64,000 bases of DNA from Ruegeria halocynthiae (GCF_000743705.1 NZ_JQEZ01000002.1:490862-554861); one strand, 5' to 3'; shown: positions 47,415 through 58,334, numbered from the stretch's first letter. Numbers and translations: made by a program. The notes: generated by a model not told the origin, from the sequence alone.

Positions 47415-48493
47415 CCTGTCCCACGGCCCACGTCGGCCTCATACGCCTCAATAATGGCGGCGACAAGCGGGTGACGTACCACGTCCTTCGAGGTGAAATA
47501 GTTGAAGCTGATGTTCGAAATCGTATTCAGCAAGCGCTCGGCATCAGCCAGACCCGATGGCACCCCGCGCGGCAGGTCCACCTGCGACCGGTCACCGGTG
47601 ATCACCATGCGGCTGCCTTCGCCCAGACGGGTCAGGAACATCTTCATCTGCATGGTCGTGGCGTTCTGCGCCTCATCCAGAACGACAAACGCATTGGCCA
47701 GTGTTCGCCCGCGCATGAAGGCCAGCGGCGCAATTTCTATTCGCTTTTCCTCGATCAGCTTGGCCAGTTGTTTACCCGGAAGAAAATCATTCAGCGCGTC
47801 ATAAAGCGGCTGCATATATGGATCGACCTTGTCCTTCATGTCGCCTGGCAGATAACCCAGTTTTTCACCGGCTTCGACCGCAGGACGGCTGAGGATGATC
47901 CGATCCACATGCCCGCCGATGAACATCGACACGCCAACGGCCACGGCCAGATAGGTCTTACCGGTGCCTGCAGGACCAATCCCAAAGGCCAGCTCATTGT
48001 TGAACAGCGACTGGACATAAGCCTTTTGCGCGTCTGTGCGCGGCTCGACCAGTTTCTTACGGGTTTTGATTTCGACCGTGCCGCCCTTGAACATTTCAAG
48101 CTGGTCGCCGTCGCGGCTGCCGGTTCCGGATTCTGAACCGCCCATCCGCAATTCGCGATCCACATCGGCTGATTCCACGTCGCGACCGCCTTCCAAACGC
48201 GAATAAAGCGCCTGAAGAACTTCGAGAGCCTGCTTTTGGCTATCCTCATCCCCCATGACGACAAGCTGATTGCCGCGCCGCACGATCTGAACGGACAGTT
48301 TTTGTTCAATATCCGCAAGATTGCGGTCATATTCGCCGCAAAGGTCAATCAACAAACGGTTGTCAGGGAATTCAATAAATGCCTCACGCTGGGGCATCTC
48401 GTCTTGCGGTGGGGTCAGGGCACCGATGGCCAATCCGCTCTCCTGTCTTGGCGTTTCACCCTGAGCGTAGACAACAAATCTTGGTGGGCGCAA
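47411..48493 (-). CDS. phoH: PhoH-like ATPase
   Basis: Walker A GPAGTGKTYLAV, PhoH C-terminal region. phoH-ybeY-corC-lnt co-directional array. Confidence 0.9.
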   Translation of the reverse strand: MRPPRFVVYAQGETPRQESGLAIGALTPPQDEMPQREAFIEFPDNRLLIDLCGEYDRNLADIEQKLSVQIVRRGNQLVVMGDEDSQKQALEVLQALYSRLEGGRDVESADVDRELRMGGSESGTGSRDGDQLEMFKGGTVEIKTRKKLVEPRTDAQKAYVQSLFNNELAFGIGPAGTGKTYLAVAVGVSMFIGGHVDRIILSRPAVEAGEKLGYLPGDMKDKVDPYMQPLYDALNDFLPGKQLAKLIEEKRIEIAPLAFMRGRTLANAFVVLDEAQNATTMQMKMFLTRLGEGSRMVITGDRSQVDLPRGVPSGLADAERLLNTISNISFNYFTSKDVVRHPLVAAIIEAYEADVGRGTG

Positions 48494-48593
48494 GCCACAG
48501 TTTCAAATTTTCCACAACGAATGGTAAAACCGCCGACGGTATGGGGTATCGAGCATTGAAACCCTTATCAGTCATAGCCTGAGCACGCGCCGC

Positions 48594-49356
48594 CTAGAAC
48601 GTGTAATTCAAGCCAAATCTCAGCCCGCGAAAGCGCGGTGTGGATTTTGTCGAGAACCCGCTGTCAAACTCTATTTCTTCAGATTTGAACTGAACGTATT
48701 CAAATTCGCCCGTAATCGACCAGTTTTCGCTCAGGCTGTGTTCCGCCCCTATGCTGGCCGAAAACCCCGACCGATGGCCGCTGTCTTCAAACTCCAGGGC
48801 TGCTGTCCCAAGGGACAGGTTGTTTGTTGTCTTAACTTCACCGCGCACATATCCAACAGAAACAAAATACAACACCGTGCCGCTTTTGTTGGTCAGACCG
48901 TTGCGAAACCGAAGCGAGAGAATATCAGAAATTTCAGATTCGCCATTGACGGTTACAGGGCCAATCTGTCTTGAGACTTCGTCGTCCAGCGTGCTGAAAT
49001 CATATCCGACCTCGAACCCATAAACATAGTCGCGCCCGATGCTGGTCGGCACAACACCTCGCCAGCCACCGCGAATCCCGCCATAGCTGCCGCGCAGATC
49101 CAACTCACCAATTTCAACACTGCCTGCAGGTGTAGTCAGCCCGAACCTGTCCGTGCCTCCGGTTGCGTATCCACCGGACAATCCCAGGTAAAAGGCGCTG
49201 ACGTCGCTGCCGAACCGTTTCGGAATGGTGACTGGTGGATCTGAAATGCCCTGATCCAGATTTCCTGCGACCGTCGCGCCGGAAAACAGGCACATCATCA
49301 GCCCTGTCGACAAGGCAAACTTAAAACTCGGTCCAAAGTAACGCTTCAGGATATTC
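48594..49356 (-). CDS. Outer-membrane beta-barrel protein (OmpA-like/OmpW-like porin family)
   Basis: Signal peptide KFALSTGLMMCLFSGATVA, alternating beta-strand pattern, C-terminal LRFGLNYTF with terminal Phe. GGAGG RBS before a GTG start at about 49356. Lower GC than the flanks. Confidence 0.6.
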
Positions 49357-49541
49357 ACTCGCAACCTCCATCGTCCCAACCCGATTGTCGGGCCAGCACA
49401 GATCTGGATCTTCGGCAACTTCTAACCATAGCCTCCGAAAAAACTTGGCTTTTTTCGGAACATATATCCCTGTTGTAAATCAAGGGTTAAATTTGGAAAC
49501 AAATGCTGACTATGGCATCTAAACAGCACTTTTTGGTGGTA

Positions 49542-50861
49542 TCAGACCAGAATTCCCGCCAAAGAATTCGCGCCCGAACCCGTAATTTCTACGGCTCGCA
49601 ACTCACCTATCGCCACATCGGCGTCCGATACGTGGACCGAGTGCAGATACTCGGACTTTCCGACCATTTGCCCCGGTAGGCGGCCGGTTTTCTCGAACAG
49701 AACGCGCACCTTTCGGCCGACCATGTCATCCTGAATTTCGCGCTGGTGCTGGGTGATCAGGGCTTGCAGGCGTTGCAGTCGCTCGTCCGCCGCCGCGGGA
49801 TCGACCTGGGGTCTTTCTGCCGCAGGTGTTCCGGGGCGCGTCGAATACTTGAACGAATAAGCGTAGCCATATTTGACCTGTTCCACCAAATCCATGGTGG
49901 CCTGAAAATCCTCGTCGGTTTCTTCGGGGAAACCGACGATGAAATCACCAGACATCACAATATCGGGACGTGCGGCGCGGATACGTTCGATCAGGCGCAG
50001 ATAGCTTTCAGCCGTGTGGCTGCGGTTCATACGTTTGAGGATTCGGTCCGAACCCGATTGCACCGGCAGATGCAGATAGGGCATTAGCTTGTCACAAGTT
50101 CCATGCGCCTCGATCAGATCATCGGCCATGTCGTTGGGGTGCGAGGTGGTGAACCGGATACGCTCCAACCCATCGACCTTGTTCAACTCCCAGATCAGAC
50201 CGGCCAGCGTCATATCGCCATTCGGACCGGCCCCGTGATAGGCGTTGACGTTCTGTCCCAGCAAGGTGATCTCGCGCACGCCGCGTTCTACCAGATCCTG
50301 CGCCTCTCGTACGATGCGATCGGCGGGGCGGCTGACCTCGGCGCCACGTGTATAAGGCACAACGCAGAATGCGCAGAACTTGTCACAGCCTTCCTGAACC
50401 GTCAGAAACGCCGTCGGACCACGCTTGGCCTTGGGGCGGTTTTTCAGCTTTTCGAATTTATCCTCTTCGGGGAAGTCGGTATCCAGCGCCTTCGCGCCGT
50501 TGCGCGTTTTCGCCTCCATCTCGGGCAGGCGGTGATAGCTTTGCGGCCCGACAACCAGATCGACCAGAGGCTGACGACGCATGATTTCTTCGCCCTCGGC
50601 CTGCGCGACGCAACCAGCAACGCCAATCTTGAGATCGGGCTTTTCCGCCTTCAACCCTTTGAACCGGCCAAGCTCGGAATATACTTTTTCCGCTGCCTTT
50701 TCCCGGATATGGCAGGTGTTGAGCAGGATCATATCCGCATCATCGGGGCTTTTGGTTTCGACATAGCCCTGACCACCCAACGTTTCGGCCATACGCTCGC
50801 TATCGTAGACGTTCATCTGGCAACCATAGGTCTTGATGTACAGCTTTTTGGGTTCTGACAT
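49542..50861 (-). CDS. miaB: tRNA-i6A37 methylthiotransferase
   Basis: [17 protein letters not shown] start and radical-SAM CxxxCxxC (CDKFCAFC). Confidence 0.9.
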   Translation of the reverse strand: MSEPKKLYIKTYGCQMNVYDSERMAETLGGQGYVETKSPDDADMILLNTCHIREKAAEKVYSELGRFKGLKAEKPDLKIGVAGCVAQAEGEEIMRRQPLVDLVVGPQSYHRLPEMEAKTRNGAKALDTDFPEEDKFEKLKNRPKAKRGPTAFLTVQEGCDKFCAFCVVPYTRGAEVSRPADRIVREAQDLVERGVREITLLGQNVNAYHGAGPNGDMTLAGLIWELNKVDGLERIRFTTSHPNDMADDLIEAHGTCDKLMPYLHLPVQSGSDRILKRMNRSHTAESYLRLIERIRAARPDIVMSGDFIVGFPEETDEDFQATMDLVEQVKYGYAYSFKYSTRPGTPAAERPQVDPAAADERLQRLQALITQHQREIQDDMVGRKVRVLFEKTGRLPGQMVGKSEYLHSVHVSDADVAIGELRAVEITGSGANSLAGILV

Positions 50862-50981
50862 GAAAACGGCCTTTGCATTCGCGGGATCGGCGTCGTCTAT
50901 ACCCAACGAACGCCGCTTGCAATGCCGACGCGATTACCCGATTTTGGCCGGAAACTCCAGCAAGGCGATATCAGGCAGGCA

Positions 50982-51845
50982 ATGCAGTACGACTCTCTCA
51001 CCTCTTTCCTGAACTCCGGCCATAGCGCCCTTTCAAAAGGGCCCGTTGCCCTGGTCTTTGCCGAGGATAATGTTGAAATCAACGGCACCATCCGGCACCA
51101 TCTGAATCTGGGGTTCAAAACCCTTGTTGCATTCATGCCACCAGAATTCCCGCTGGATCCAGAGCTTTCGGATCGCATCCACCGTGTCGACCTGACCTGC
51201 GCACCGCACACCGCGGTGTTCGATACGATCAACAAAGTCATTCAGGCCACGCCGGGTATCTGGATGTATTACTGCTACAATGCCGAGTATCTGTTCTTTC
51301 CGTTCTGCGAGACCCGCACAATCGGCGAGATGCTGGCCTTCCACACCGAAGAACGCCGGGATGCAATGCTGTGCCATGTCGTCGATCTGTACGCCGAGGA
51401 TCTGGTCGCGTTCCCCAATGGCGTCGCACCGGATCGCGCGATGCTGGACGGGACCGGATATTATGCGCAAGACCGGCACGACGCCGAAAAGCGCCCTGTG
51501 GAACGTCAGTTGGACATGTCCGGCGGCCTGCGCTGGCGTTTCGAGGATCACATCCCCAATGAACGTCGGCGCATTGACCGCATCGCCCTGTTCAGATCAC
51601 AAAAAACGCTGCAACTGCAGTCCAATCACACCTTCAACGAGGCGGAATACAATACCTATTCCTGCCCATGGCATCACAACATGACAGCGGCCATCTGCTC
51701 TTTCCGCGCGGCCAAGGCGCTGAAGAGCAACGCGGGCTCGACGTTTGACATACCGACTTTTCGGTGGCGCAATTCTGTCGATTTTCAGTGGACGTCAAAC
51801 CAGTTGCTTGATCTTGGGCTGATAGAATCGGGCCAGTGGTTCTGA
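50982..51845 (+). CDS. Hypothetical protein (no recognised domain; Trp/Tyr/Cys-rich)
   Basis: 287 aa from MQYDSLTSF. Chosen over the shorter antisense ORF 51033..51551 on length and composition. Divergent from miaB, convergent with the PhyH gene. Confidence 0.5.
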   Translation: MQYDSLTSFLNSGHSALSKGPVALVFAEDNVEINGTIRHHLNLGFKTLVAFMPPEFPLDPELSDRIHRVDLTCAPHTAVFDTINKVIQATPGIWMYYCYNAEYLFFPFCETRTIGEMLAFHTEERRDAMLCHVVDLYAEDLVAFPNGVAPDRAMLDGTGYYAQDRHDAEKRPVERQLDMSGGLRWRFEDHIPNERRRIDRIALFRSQKTLQLQSNHTFNEAEYNTYSCPWHHNMTAAICSFRAAKALKSNAGSTFDIPTFRWRNSVDFQWTSNQLLDLGLIESGQWF

Positions 51846-51857
51846 CCCGACCCGCAA

Positions 51858-52664
51858 CTAGCCGCCCTGACGCGGCAGCAACATCGGGAACCAATCTTCG
51901 CGCAGACGCTGCCCGGGGGTCATATCATGACCCGGAAACGGCGGCGAGGTCCGGCCCGGGCGTTCAGCATAGCGCGCGTCATCCCCAACCAGGCGCAGCG
52001 AAAAGGCGCGGCGGCGGATTTCCGAGTGATTGCCCCGCGCGCCGTGAAGCGTCCGGTAATTGAAGGCGACTGCGTCACCCGGCTCCATCTCGAATTCCAC
52101 AACCTTCATGCCCTCGGCATCCGGGTCGGGGACAGGGATGTACTGGCCTTGGTCCGGAAAGAAGCCCTGCTCTGACACCCACCGGGTCGGAAGAACCTCT
52201 TTCTCCCATCGGTGTGATCCGGCGACACAGCGCAATGTGGCCTGCGTCACGGGGTCCAGCGGCGACCAGAAGCTGATCGTTTGGTGCCCCTCGACAAAAT
52301 AGTAAGGCCCGTCCTGATGCCAGGGCGTTGCCATCGACGTGCCCGGTTCTTTGACCAGCACGTGATCGTGAAACATCTGGACGGTCTGCGACTGCATCAG
52401 GTCCGCCGCAACCTCGGCCACCGGTGAATTGTGAATCACGTCCTGAAACTGCGGAATCCGGGACCAATTGCAGTAATCATCAAAGAACAACCCGGTTTCA
52501 CCCTGCTTGCTGTTGTCCGACGCATATGGCCCCGGGTCTGCCATGTTTGCGGCGACACCATCGCGCAGGGCCTCAACATGATCGGCAAACAAGCCCTTGA
52601 TCAGGACCACGCCGTCGTCCTGATAGGCATCAATCATCTCTTGTGAAACCAGGGGGTGCGTCAT
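51858..52664 (-). CDS. Phytanoyl-CoA dioxygenase (PhyH) family Fe(II)/2-oxoglutarate oxygenase
   Basis: HQDGPYY...H..D and RTLHGARGN motifs. Confidence 0.75.
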   Translation of the reverse strand: MTHPLVSQEMIDAYQDDGVVLIKGLFADHVEALRDGVAANMADPGPYASDNSKQGETGLFFDDYCNWSRIPQFQDVIHNSPVAEVAADLMQSQTVQMFHDHVLVKEPGTSMATPWHQDGPYYFVEGHQTISFWSPLDPVTQATLRCVAGSHRWEKEVLPTRWVSEQGFFPDQGQYIPVPDPDAEGMKVVEFEMEPGDAVAFNYRTLHGARGNHSEIRRRAFSLRLVGDDARYAERPGRTSPPFPGHDMTPGQRLREDWFPMLLPRQGG

Positions 52665-52750
52665 GTTTGTCTCCGTTGCGTTGATGGGATGGACTGTGCA
52701 TGACCGAACCCTCTGTTCAAATCATATCTTTCAAAGCTAGTCTTAATTTT

Positions 52751-53641
52751 ATGTTATATCTTTCCTTGCGCCAGTATGAATATGTCTGTTCGATCGGGCA
52801 GCACGGCAGCCTTTCGGCTGCGGCACAGCACCTGAATGTCTCTCAACCGGCACTGTCAAACGCCCTGACGCGGGTCGAATCGCGCTTGGGTTACCCGCTG
52901 TTCGCCCGCAAACGCGGTTCGGCAATGACGCTGACACCCCAAGGCCGCAGCTTCATCGAACAGGCGGAATCGCTGTTGGTCAACGCCGCCCGCCTTGAGA
53001 ACACGGATCAGACCGGATCAGGAAAAGCCCAACTGCGGCTGGGGTGCTTTGTCGATCTGGCCCCTTTCCTGCTGGCCAGAACGCTGCACCTGTTGCACGA
53101 CGCAATGCCGGATGTACCCGTCTCGTACCGTGTTGACGGGTTCGAGGGGCTGATTTCCGGCCTGATTGATGGCCAGCTTGATCTGGCCCTGACCTACGGC
53201 CTGAGCATGGATGCCACGTTTACCCGGCACATCCTGTTTACCAGCACTCCGAACGCGATCCTGTCACCCGATCATCCCCTGGCCCATGCCCGGACGGTTT
53301 CATTGCAGGATCTGGCCGCCCATAAGCTGATCCTGTCAAACGAGGGGCTTTCAGCGCAACACATGCTGGGGCTTTTCCGACAGGCCGGACTGAACCCCAA
53401 AGTCGCCCACCGGGCGGCAACACTGGAGATTCAGCGCAGTCTGGCCGCACATGGCGAAGGGGTTGCCATCAGTTATGCCAGCCCTCCGATGGATATCAGC
53501 TATGACGGAATGCCCCTGCTCAGCCTGCCTGTATCGAATCCGATCGCAGCCGAACCCGTGGTTTTGGCCCGACACGGCACAGGCCCCGCTGATTCACAAA
53601 CCGCCAGCGCGGAACGCGTTCTCAACCAGTTGATGACGTGA
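52751..53641 (+). CDS. LysR-family transcriptional regulator (divergent from the PhyH-family gene)
   Basis: HTH LRQYEYVCSIGQHGSLSAAAQHLNVSQPALSNALTRVE plus a LysR substrate-binding domain. Confidence 0.75.
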   Translation: MLYLSLRQYEYVCSIGQHGSLSAAAQHLNVSQPALSNALTRVESRLGYPLFARKRGSAMTLTPQGRSFIEQAESLLVNAARLENTDQTGSGKAQLRLGCFVDLAPFLLARTLHLLHDAMPDVPVSYRVDGFEGLISGLIDGQLDLALTYGLSMDATFTRHILFTSTPNAILSPDHPLAHARTVSLQDLAAHKLILSNEGLSAQHMLGLFRQAGLNPKVAHRAATLEIQRSLAAHGEGVAISYASPPMDISYDGMPLLSLPVSNPIAAEPVVLARHGTGPADSQTASAERVLNQLMT

Positions 53642-53647
53642 GGTAAT

Positions 53648-54064
53648 TTACTTTTTGCGCAGCCGGATAACCACATCGACCGATGCGATTTCGACCCCTT
53701 CGGGGGCCTCGGGCAGGCGGTGAATCACCAATTGCTCAGACGGCGCATCGCTCAGGCGGCCCTCATCCTCCCAGAAGAAATGGGGGTGGTCATGGGTATT
53801 GGTGTCGAAATAGCTTTTCGATCCGTCCACCGTGATTTCCTGCAAAACGCCAGCGTCGCAGAAGGCGCGCAATGTGTTGTAAACCGTTGCCAAAGATACG
53901 GCATCGCCGTTCTTTTTAGCGGCTTCAAACAGGCTTTCCGCCGTGACATGGCGATGCCGCCCGTCCCCCACCAGCAGTTCGGCCAGGGCCACGCGCTGAC
54001 GCGTCGGGCGTAATCCGGCGTGAACCAACCAATTTGTGGCTATGCTCTGGCTTTGCGGTGTCAT
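53648..54064 (-). CDS. irr: Fur-family regulator, Irr-like (iron response regulator)
   Basis: Fur-family fold (RQRVALAELL...HVTAESLF...LATVYNTL). Conserved location upstream of and divergent from fabA-fabB-fabI, as in other alphaproteobacteria. Confidence 0.7.
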   Translation of the reverse strand: MTPQSQSIATNWLVHAGLRPTRQRVALAELLVGDGRHRHVTAESLFEAAKKNGDAVSLATVYNTLRAFCDAGVLQEITVDGSKSYFDTNTHDHPHFFWEDEGRLSDAPSEQLVIHRLPEAPEGVEIASVDVVIRLRKK

Positions 54065-54253
54065 GTATCCGAGACCTGTTTGTTGCTGACCTATATATAA
54101 GTGGTCCCACCAGGTAATTTCAAATGAAATTCATTCGCAAAGAATGTGATAAGCACAACATGATGTGGGCCGCCGCTCTTGCAGGACCTTGCAAACGGGT
54201 GCTAGACGAGGCCAGATATAACGAACGGACCCCTGGCAGGAGAGGCGGCAAGA

Positions 54254-54763
54254 ATGGCCCAATTCCCGAGCAGCTTTGACAAGGACGATCTGCTGAAATG
54301 CGCCCGTGGCGAATTATTCGGCCCCGGAAACGCGCAATTGCCCGCCCCACCGATGCTGATGATGGACCGGATCACCGACATATCGGGCGATGGCGGCGCG
54401 CATGGCAAAGGTCACGTTTTGGCCGAATTCGACATCACTCCGGACCTTTGGTTCTTTGATTGCCACTTTCCCGGCAATCCGATCATGCCCGGCTGTCTGG
54501 GGCTGGACGGCCTGTGGCAACTGACCGGGTTCAACCTGGGCTGGCGCGGCTGGCAGGGGCGCGGCATGGCCGTCGGCGTAGGTGAGGTCAAGCTGACCGG
54601 CATGGTACGCCCGGACCGCAAGATGCTGACCTACAAGATCGACTTCAAGAAAGCGATCCAGACCCGCCGTCTGACCATGGGTGTGGCAGATGGCATCGTC
54701 GAAGCCGATGGTGAGATGATTTACGACGTCAAGGACATGAAAGTCGTTCTGTCCGAAGCCTGA
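54254..54763 (+). CDS. fabA: 3-hydroxydecanoyl-ACP dehydratase/isomerase
   Basis: Active-site region [21 protein letters not shown]. Confidence 0.9.
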   Translation: MAQFPSSFDKDDLLKCARGELFGPGNAQLPAPPMLMMDRITDISGDGGAHGKGHVLAEFDITPDLWFFDCHFPGNPIMPGCLGLDGLWQLTGFNLGWRGWQGRGMAVGVGEVKLTGMVRPDRKMLTYKIDFKKAIQTRRLTMGVADGIVEADGEMIYDVKDMKVVLSEA

Positions 54764-54794
54764 GCCTGACCGGCCCGAAATAAGGAGCACGCAC

Positions 54795-56024
54795 ATGCGT
54801 CGAGTAGTTGTCACCGGTTTGGGGGTTGTCTCCTCCATCGGGAACAATGCCCAAGAGGTTCTGGCCTCACTCAAAGCCGGGAAATCCGGTATTGAGGCCA
54901 ATGAACAGATGGTCGAACACGGGTTTCGCAGCCAGATCGCCGGGTCGCTGAAAATCGACGTGGCAGAGCATGTGGACAAACGCACACTGCGCTTTATGGG
55001 GCCGGGCGCGGCCTATGCGCATATCGCCATGAGCCAGGCAATCGCCGATTCCGGTCTGACCGAAGATCAGGTCGTAAACCCACGCACCGGTCTGGTGGCC
55101 GGTTCGGGCGGCCCGTCGACCAGCGCGATGCTGACGGCGCATCAGACCGTTCTGAAAAACGGCGCGACCAAGCGGATCGGGCCTTTTGCCGTTCCGAAAT
55201 GCATGTGTTCGACGATTTCCGCAAACCTTGCGACAGCGTTCAAGATCAAGGGCATCAACTATTCGATCACGTCGGCCTGCTCGACCTCACTACATTGCAT
55301 CGGCAATGCCGCGGAACAGATCATGCTGGGCAAGCAGGACGTCATGTTCGCCGGTGGCGGCGAAGAACTGGACTGGACGCTGTCCTGCCTGTTCGACGCG
55401 ATGGGCGCGATGTCTTCGAAATACAACGACACGCCCCAGAAGGCCTCGCGCGCGTTCGATCAAAACCGCGACGGTTTCGTGATCTCGGGCGGCGGCGGAA
55501 TCGTCGTTCTTGAAGATCTGGACCATGCCCTGGCCCGCGGTGCGAAAATCTATGCCGAAGTGACCGGTTACGCGGCAACGTCGGATGGCCATGACATGGT
55601 GGCGCCTTCCGGCGAAGGTGGCGAGCGCGCGATGCGTCTGGCCCTGGCAACCATGCCCGAAGGGCGCAAGGTTGACTATATCAACGCTCACGGCACCTCG
55701 ACCCCGGTCGGAGATGTGGGCGAAGTCGAGGCCGTTCGCCGTATTTTCGGCGAGGGCAGCGTCCCGCCGATTTCATCGACCAAGTCGATGACCGGCCACG
55801 CACAAGGCGCGGCAGGTGCGCTTGAGACGATTTTCTGTCTGCTGATGTTGCATCATGACTTCATTACGCCGTCAATCAATGTCGACACGCTTGCCGAAGG
55901 CATCCAGCCCGGTGAAATTGCAACGCAAGTTGTTGAAAATGCAGGTTTGGACAGTGTCATGACCAACAGCTTCGGCTTTGGTGGCACAAACGGGTCCATG
56001 GTTCTGTCCAAGTATAACGGGTGA
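54795..56024 (+). CDS. fabB: 3-oxoacyl-ACP synthase I
   Basis: KAS I active-site Cys ([11 protein letters not shown]) and His-His motifs. Confidence 0.9.
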   Translation: MRRVVVTGLGVVSSIGNNAQEVLASLKAGKSGIEANEQMVEHGFRSQIAGSLKIDVAEHVDKRTLRFMGPGAAYAHIAMSQAIADSGLTEDQVVNPRTGLVAGSGGPSTSAMLTAHQTVLKNGATKRIGPFAVPKCMCSTISANLATAFKIKGINYSITSACSTSLHCIGNAAEQIMLGKQDVMFAGGGEELDWTLSCLFDAMGAMSSKYNDTPQKASRAFDQNRDGFVISGGGGIVVLEDLDHALARGAKIYAEVTGYAATSDGHDMVAPSGEGGERAMRLALATMPEGRKVDYINAHGTSTPVGDVGEVEAVRRIFGEGSVPPISSTKSMTGHAQGAAGALETIFCLLMLHHDFITPSINVDTLAEGIQPGEIATQVVENAGLDSVMTNSFGFGGTNGSMVLSKYNG

Positions 56025-56026
56025 AA

Positions 56027-56821
56027 ATGATGTCGGATCTTCTTAAGGGCAAGCGCGGCCTGATCATGGGCGTGGCCAATGACCGCTCGATTGCGTGGGG
56101 TATTGCCAAAGCCATGCATGAGGCCGGTGCCGAGCTGGCATTCACCTATCAGGGTGAGGCATTCGGCAAACGGCTTGAGCCGCTGGCCGAAAGCCTTGGC
56201 AGCGATTTCATGGTAGATGCAGATGTCACAGACGACGCCTCGCTGGATCGCGCGTTCGAGGAACTGGGCGCGCGCTGGCCGACGATTGACTTCGTGGTTC
56301 ACGCCATCGCCTATTCGGACAAGTCCGAACTGACAGGCCGGTTTCTGAACACCACCCGGGCGAACTTCAAACACTCAATGGACGTCTCAGCCTATTCCTT
56401 TATCGAGGTCGCCCGCCGGGCCTATCCTCTGATGAAGGACAACGGTGGCACCCTGATGACAATGACCTATCAGGGGTCGAACCGGGTTGTGCCGAACTAC
56501 AATGTCATGGGTGTGGCAAAGGCCGCGCTGGAATCGGCCACGCGCTATCTGGCCAATGATCTTGGCCCCGAAGGCATCCGCGTCAATGCGATCTCGCCCG
56601 GGCCCATGAAAACGCTGGCGGGTGCAGCCATTGGTGGCGCGCGCAAGACCTATAAGTTCTGCGATCAGAACGCCCCGATGCGCTCGAACGCCACGCTTGA
56701 GGCAGTCGGCGGAACAGCGGTTTACCTTGCCTCTGACGCAGGTGCGTGCACGTCGGGTGAAATCATCCGGGTCGATGGCGGCTTTCACGTTCTGGGTATG
56801 CCGCAGCCTGACGCTATGTGA
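56027..56821 (+). CDS. fabI: Enoyl-ACP reductase [NADH]
   Basis: LLKGKRGLIMGVANDRSIAWGIA N-terminus and Y-x6-K catalytic dyad. Start ambiguous (GTG 56021, ATG 56027 or ATG 56030). Confidence 0.9.
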   Translation: MMSDLLKGKRGLIMGVANDRSIAWGIAKAMHEAGAELAFTYQGEAFGKRLEPLAESLGSDFMVDADVTDDASLDRAFEELGARWPTIDFVVHAIAYSDKSELTGRFLNTTRANFKHSMDVSAYSFIEVARRAYPLMKDNGGTLMTMTYQGSNRVVPNYNVMGVAKAALESATRYLANDLGPEGIRVNAISPGPMKTLAGAAIGGARKTYKFCDQNAPMRSNATLEAVGGTAVYLASDAGACTSGEIIRVDGGFHVLGMPQPDAM

Positions 56822-56880
56822 CCATTTCTTTCCCTGCCGGTGCCAAGATTTGACCATCTTTCACCGGCAGGGATAACGGT

Positions 56881-57066
56881 ATGAGCAAAGCTGACCAAAT
56901 CATCGCAAGCAATACGCGCGCTGCCCGACGCAAATCGGGCTTTCTGGGCCAACGTGGCCGGATCGCGTTACTGACCCTGACCATTCTGTTGATCCTGTTT
57001 GTGTTTTTCACACAACCAGATGTGCGTACGGCCCTTGAATCCAAGGTCAGCCTGTTTTCAGGCTAA
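56881..57066 (+). CDS. Possible small membrane protein (61 aa, single TM)
   Basis: ORF with one hydrophobic helix (IALLTLTILLILFVFF). Weak RBS. A 10-bp perfect hairpin lies immediately upstream. Confidence 0.3.
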   Translation: MSKADQIIASNTRAARRKSGFLGQRGRIALLTLTILLILFVFFTQPDVRTALESKVSLFSG

Positions 57067-57089
57067 CCCGGCTTTTGGCATCGGGTCCG

Positions 57090-57518
57090 TCAGTTGACGG
57101 ATACGACCTCAATCTCGAAAATCAGATCCTGCCCCGCCAACGGGTGGTTTGCATCCAATGTGACTGTTGCGTCATTCGCTTCGATCACAGTCACCGGCAT
57201 GGCCTGCCCGTCCGGCGTTTGCATCTGCAACTGGGTGCCGGGCTCAAGCGGGATGTCGTCGGGAATGCCTTCGCGCGGAATATCCTGACGCATTGCCGGG
57301 TTGATCGGACCATAAGCATCCTGACAGGCAATCTCGACCCGCTTTTTTTCACCAGCACCCAGGCCCGGCATGGCCGAATCCAATCCGGGGATGATCTGGC
57401 CAGAGCCGACCACGAATTCCAGCGGATCGCGTCCCTCGGAACTGTCGAAAACCTTCCCGTCCAGCAGGGTCCCGGTATAGTGGATGCGAACCGTGTCGCC
57501 TTGTTTGATTGCCGTCAT
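57090..57518 (-). CDS. FKBP-type peptidyl-prolyl cis-trans isomerase (SlyD/FkpB-like)
   Basis: IHYTGTLLDGKVFDSS...PLEFVVGSGQIIPGLD FKBP core with an IF insertion, 142 aa. Confidence 0.8.
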   Translation of the reverse strand: MTAIKQGDTVRIHYTGTLLDGKVFDSSEGRDPLEFVVGSGQIIPGLDSAMPGLGAGEKKRVEIACQDAYGPINPAMRQDIPREGIPDDIPLEPGTQLQMQTPDGQAMPVTVIEANDATVTLDANHPLAGQDLIFEIEVVSVN

Positions 57519-57647
57519 TTGTGGCCTCCGACCTTAGGGAAAATAAAGGCCCGAGCGTAGGGGATGACACGGTATTGTAAACCCATAGCCCTTTTTCCCC
57601 CGCGTCTCTTGTGCCAACCTGCGCCCAACCGTTGGAGGGGAGAATTC

Positions 57648-58334
57648 ATGCAAATCACAACTTGCGTTTTCGATGCATATGGCACGCTGTTCGACGTCGC
57701 CGCCGCCGCACGTCAAGCCGCAGCCGAACCCGGCTTTGAGGCCCTGCAAAACAAATGGCCGGAACTGGCCAATCATTGGCGGCTGAAACAGCTGCAATAC
57801 ACATGGCTTCGGGCGGTGACAGATGCCCACACGGACTTTTGGGACGTGACGCAAGACGGGCTGGACTGGGCGCTTGAGGCTACCGGGCTGGACGGCGATG
57901 CAGCCCTGCGCCAGCGCCTGCTGGATCTGTATTGGGAATTGCAGGCCTACCCCGAGGTGCCCGAAATGCTGGCTGCCCTGAAAGCCGGTGGCCTGCAAAC
58001 GGCGATTTTGTCGAACGGGTCCCTGCCGATGCTGGATGGGGCGGTGCAATCCGCAGGTATCGGCGCGCTGTTGGATGATGTGCTTTCGGTCGAAAGCGTC
58101 GGCGTCTTCAAACCACATTCCCGCGTCTATGATCTGGTGCAGCAACGGTTCGGCTGCGCCCGCGACGAGGTTCTGTTCGTCAGCTCGAACGGTTGGGATG
58201 CGGCGGGGGCCAGCGGATATGGCTTCACCACCACTTGGGTCAACCGCGCGGGTGAACCGGTGGAGCGTTTGCCGTGGAAACCCGCCCAAATCCTGACCGA
58301 TCTGACCACCATCCCCAAAATCGCGGGTCTTTGA
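57648..58334 (+). CDS. (S)-2-haloacid dehalogenase (HAD superfamily, type II)
   Basis: N-terminal FDAYGTLFDV catalytic Asp motif. RBS GGAGGGGAG. Confidence 0.8.
   Translation: MQITTCVFDAYGTLFDVAAAARQAAAEPGFEALQNKWPELANHWRLKQLQYTWLRAVTDAHTDFWDVTQDGLDWALEATGLDGDAALRQRLLDLYWELQAYPEVPEMLAALKAGGLQTAILSNGSLPMLDGAVQSAGIGALLDDVLSVESVGVFKPHSRVYDLVQQRFGCARDEVLFVSSNGWDAAGASGYGFTTTWVNRAGEPVERLPWKPAQILTDLTTIPKIAGL

Noticed and set aside
51033-51551. 172-aa minus-strand ORF overlapping the 50982..51845 gene
   Set aside because: Shorter, entirely embedded, and with shadow-like composition. The plus-strand ORF is longer with a more protein-like composition.
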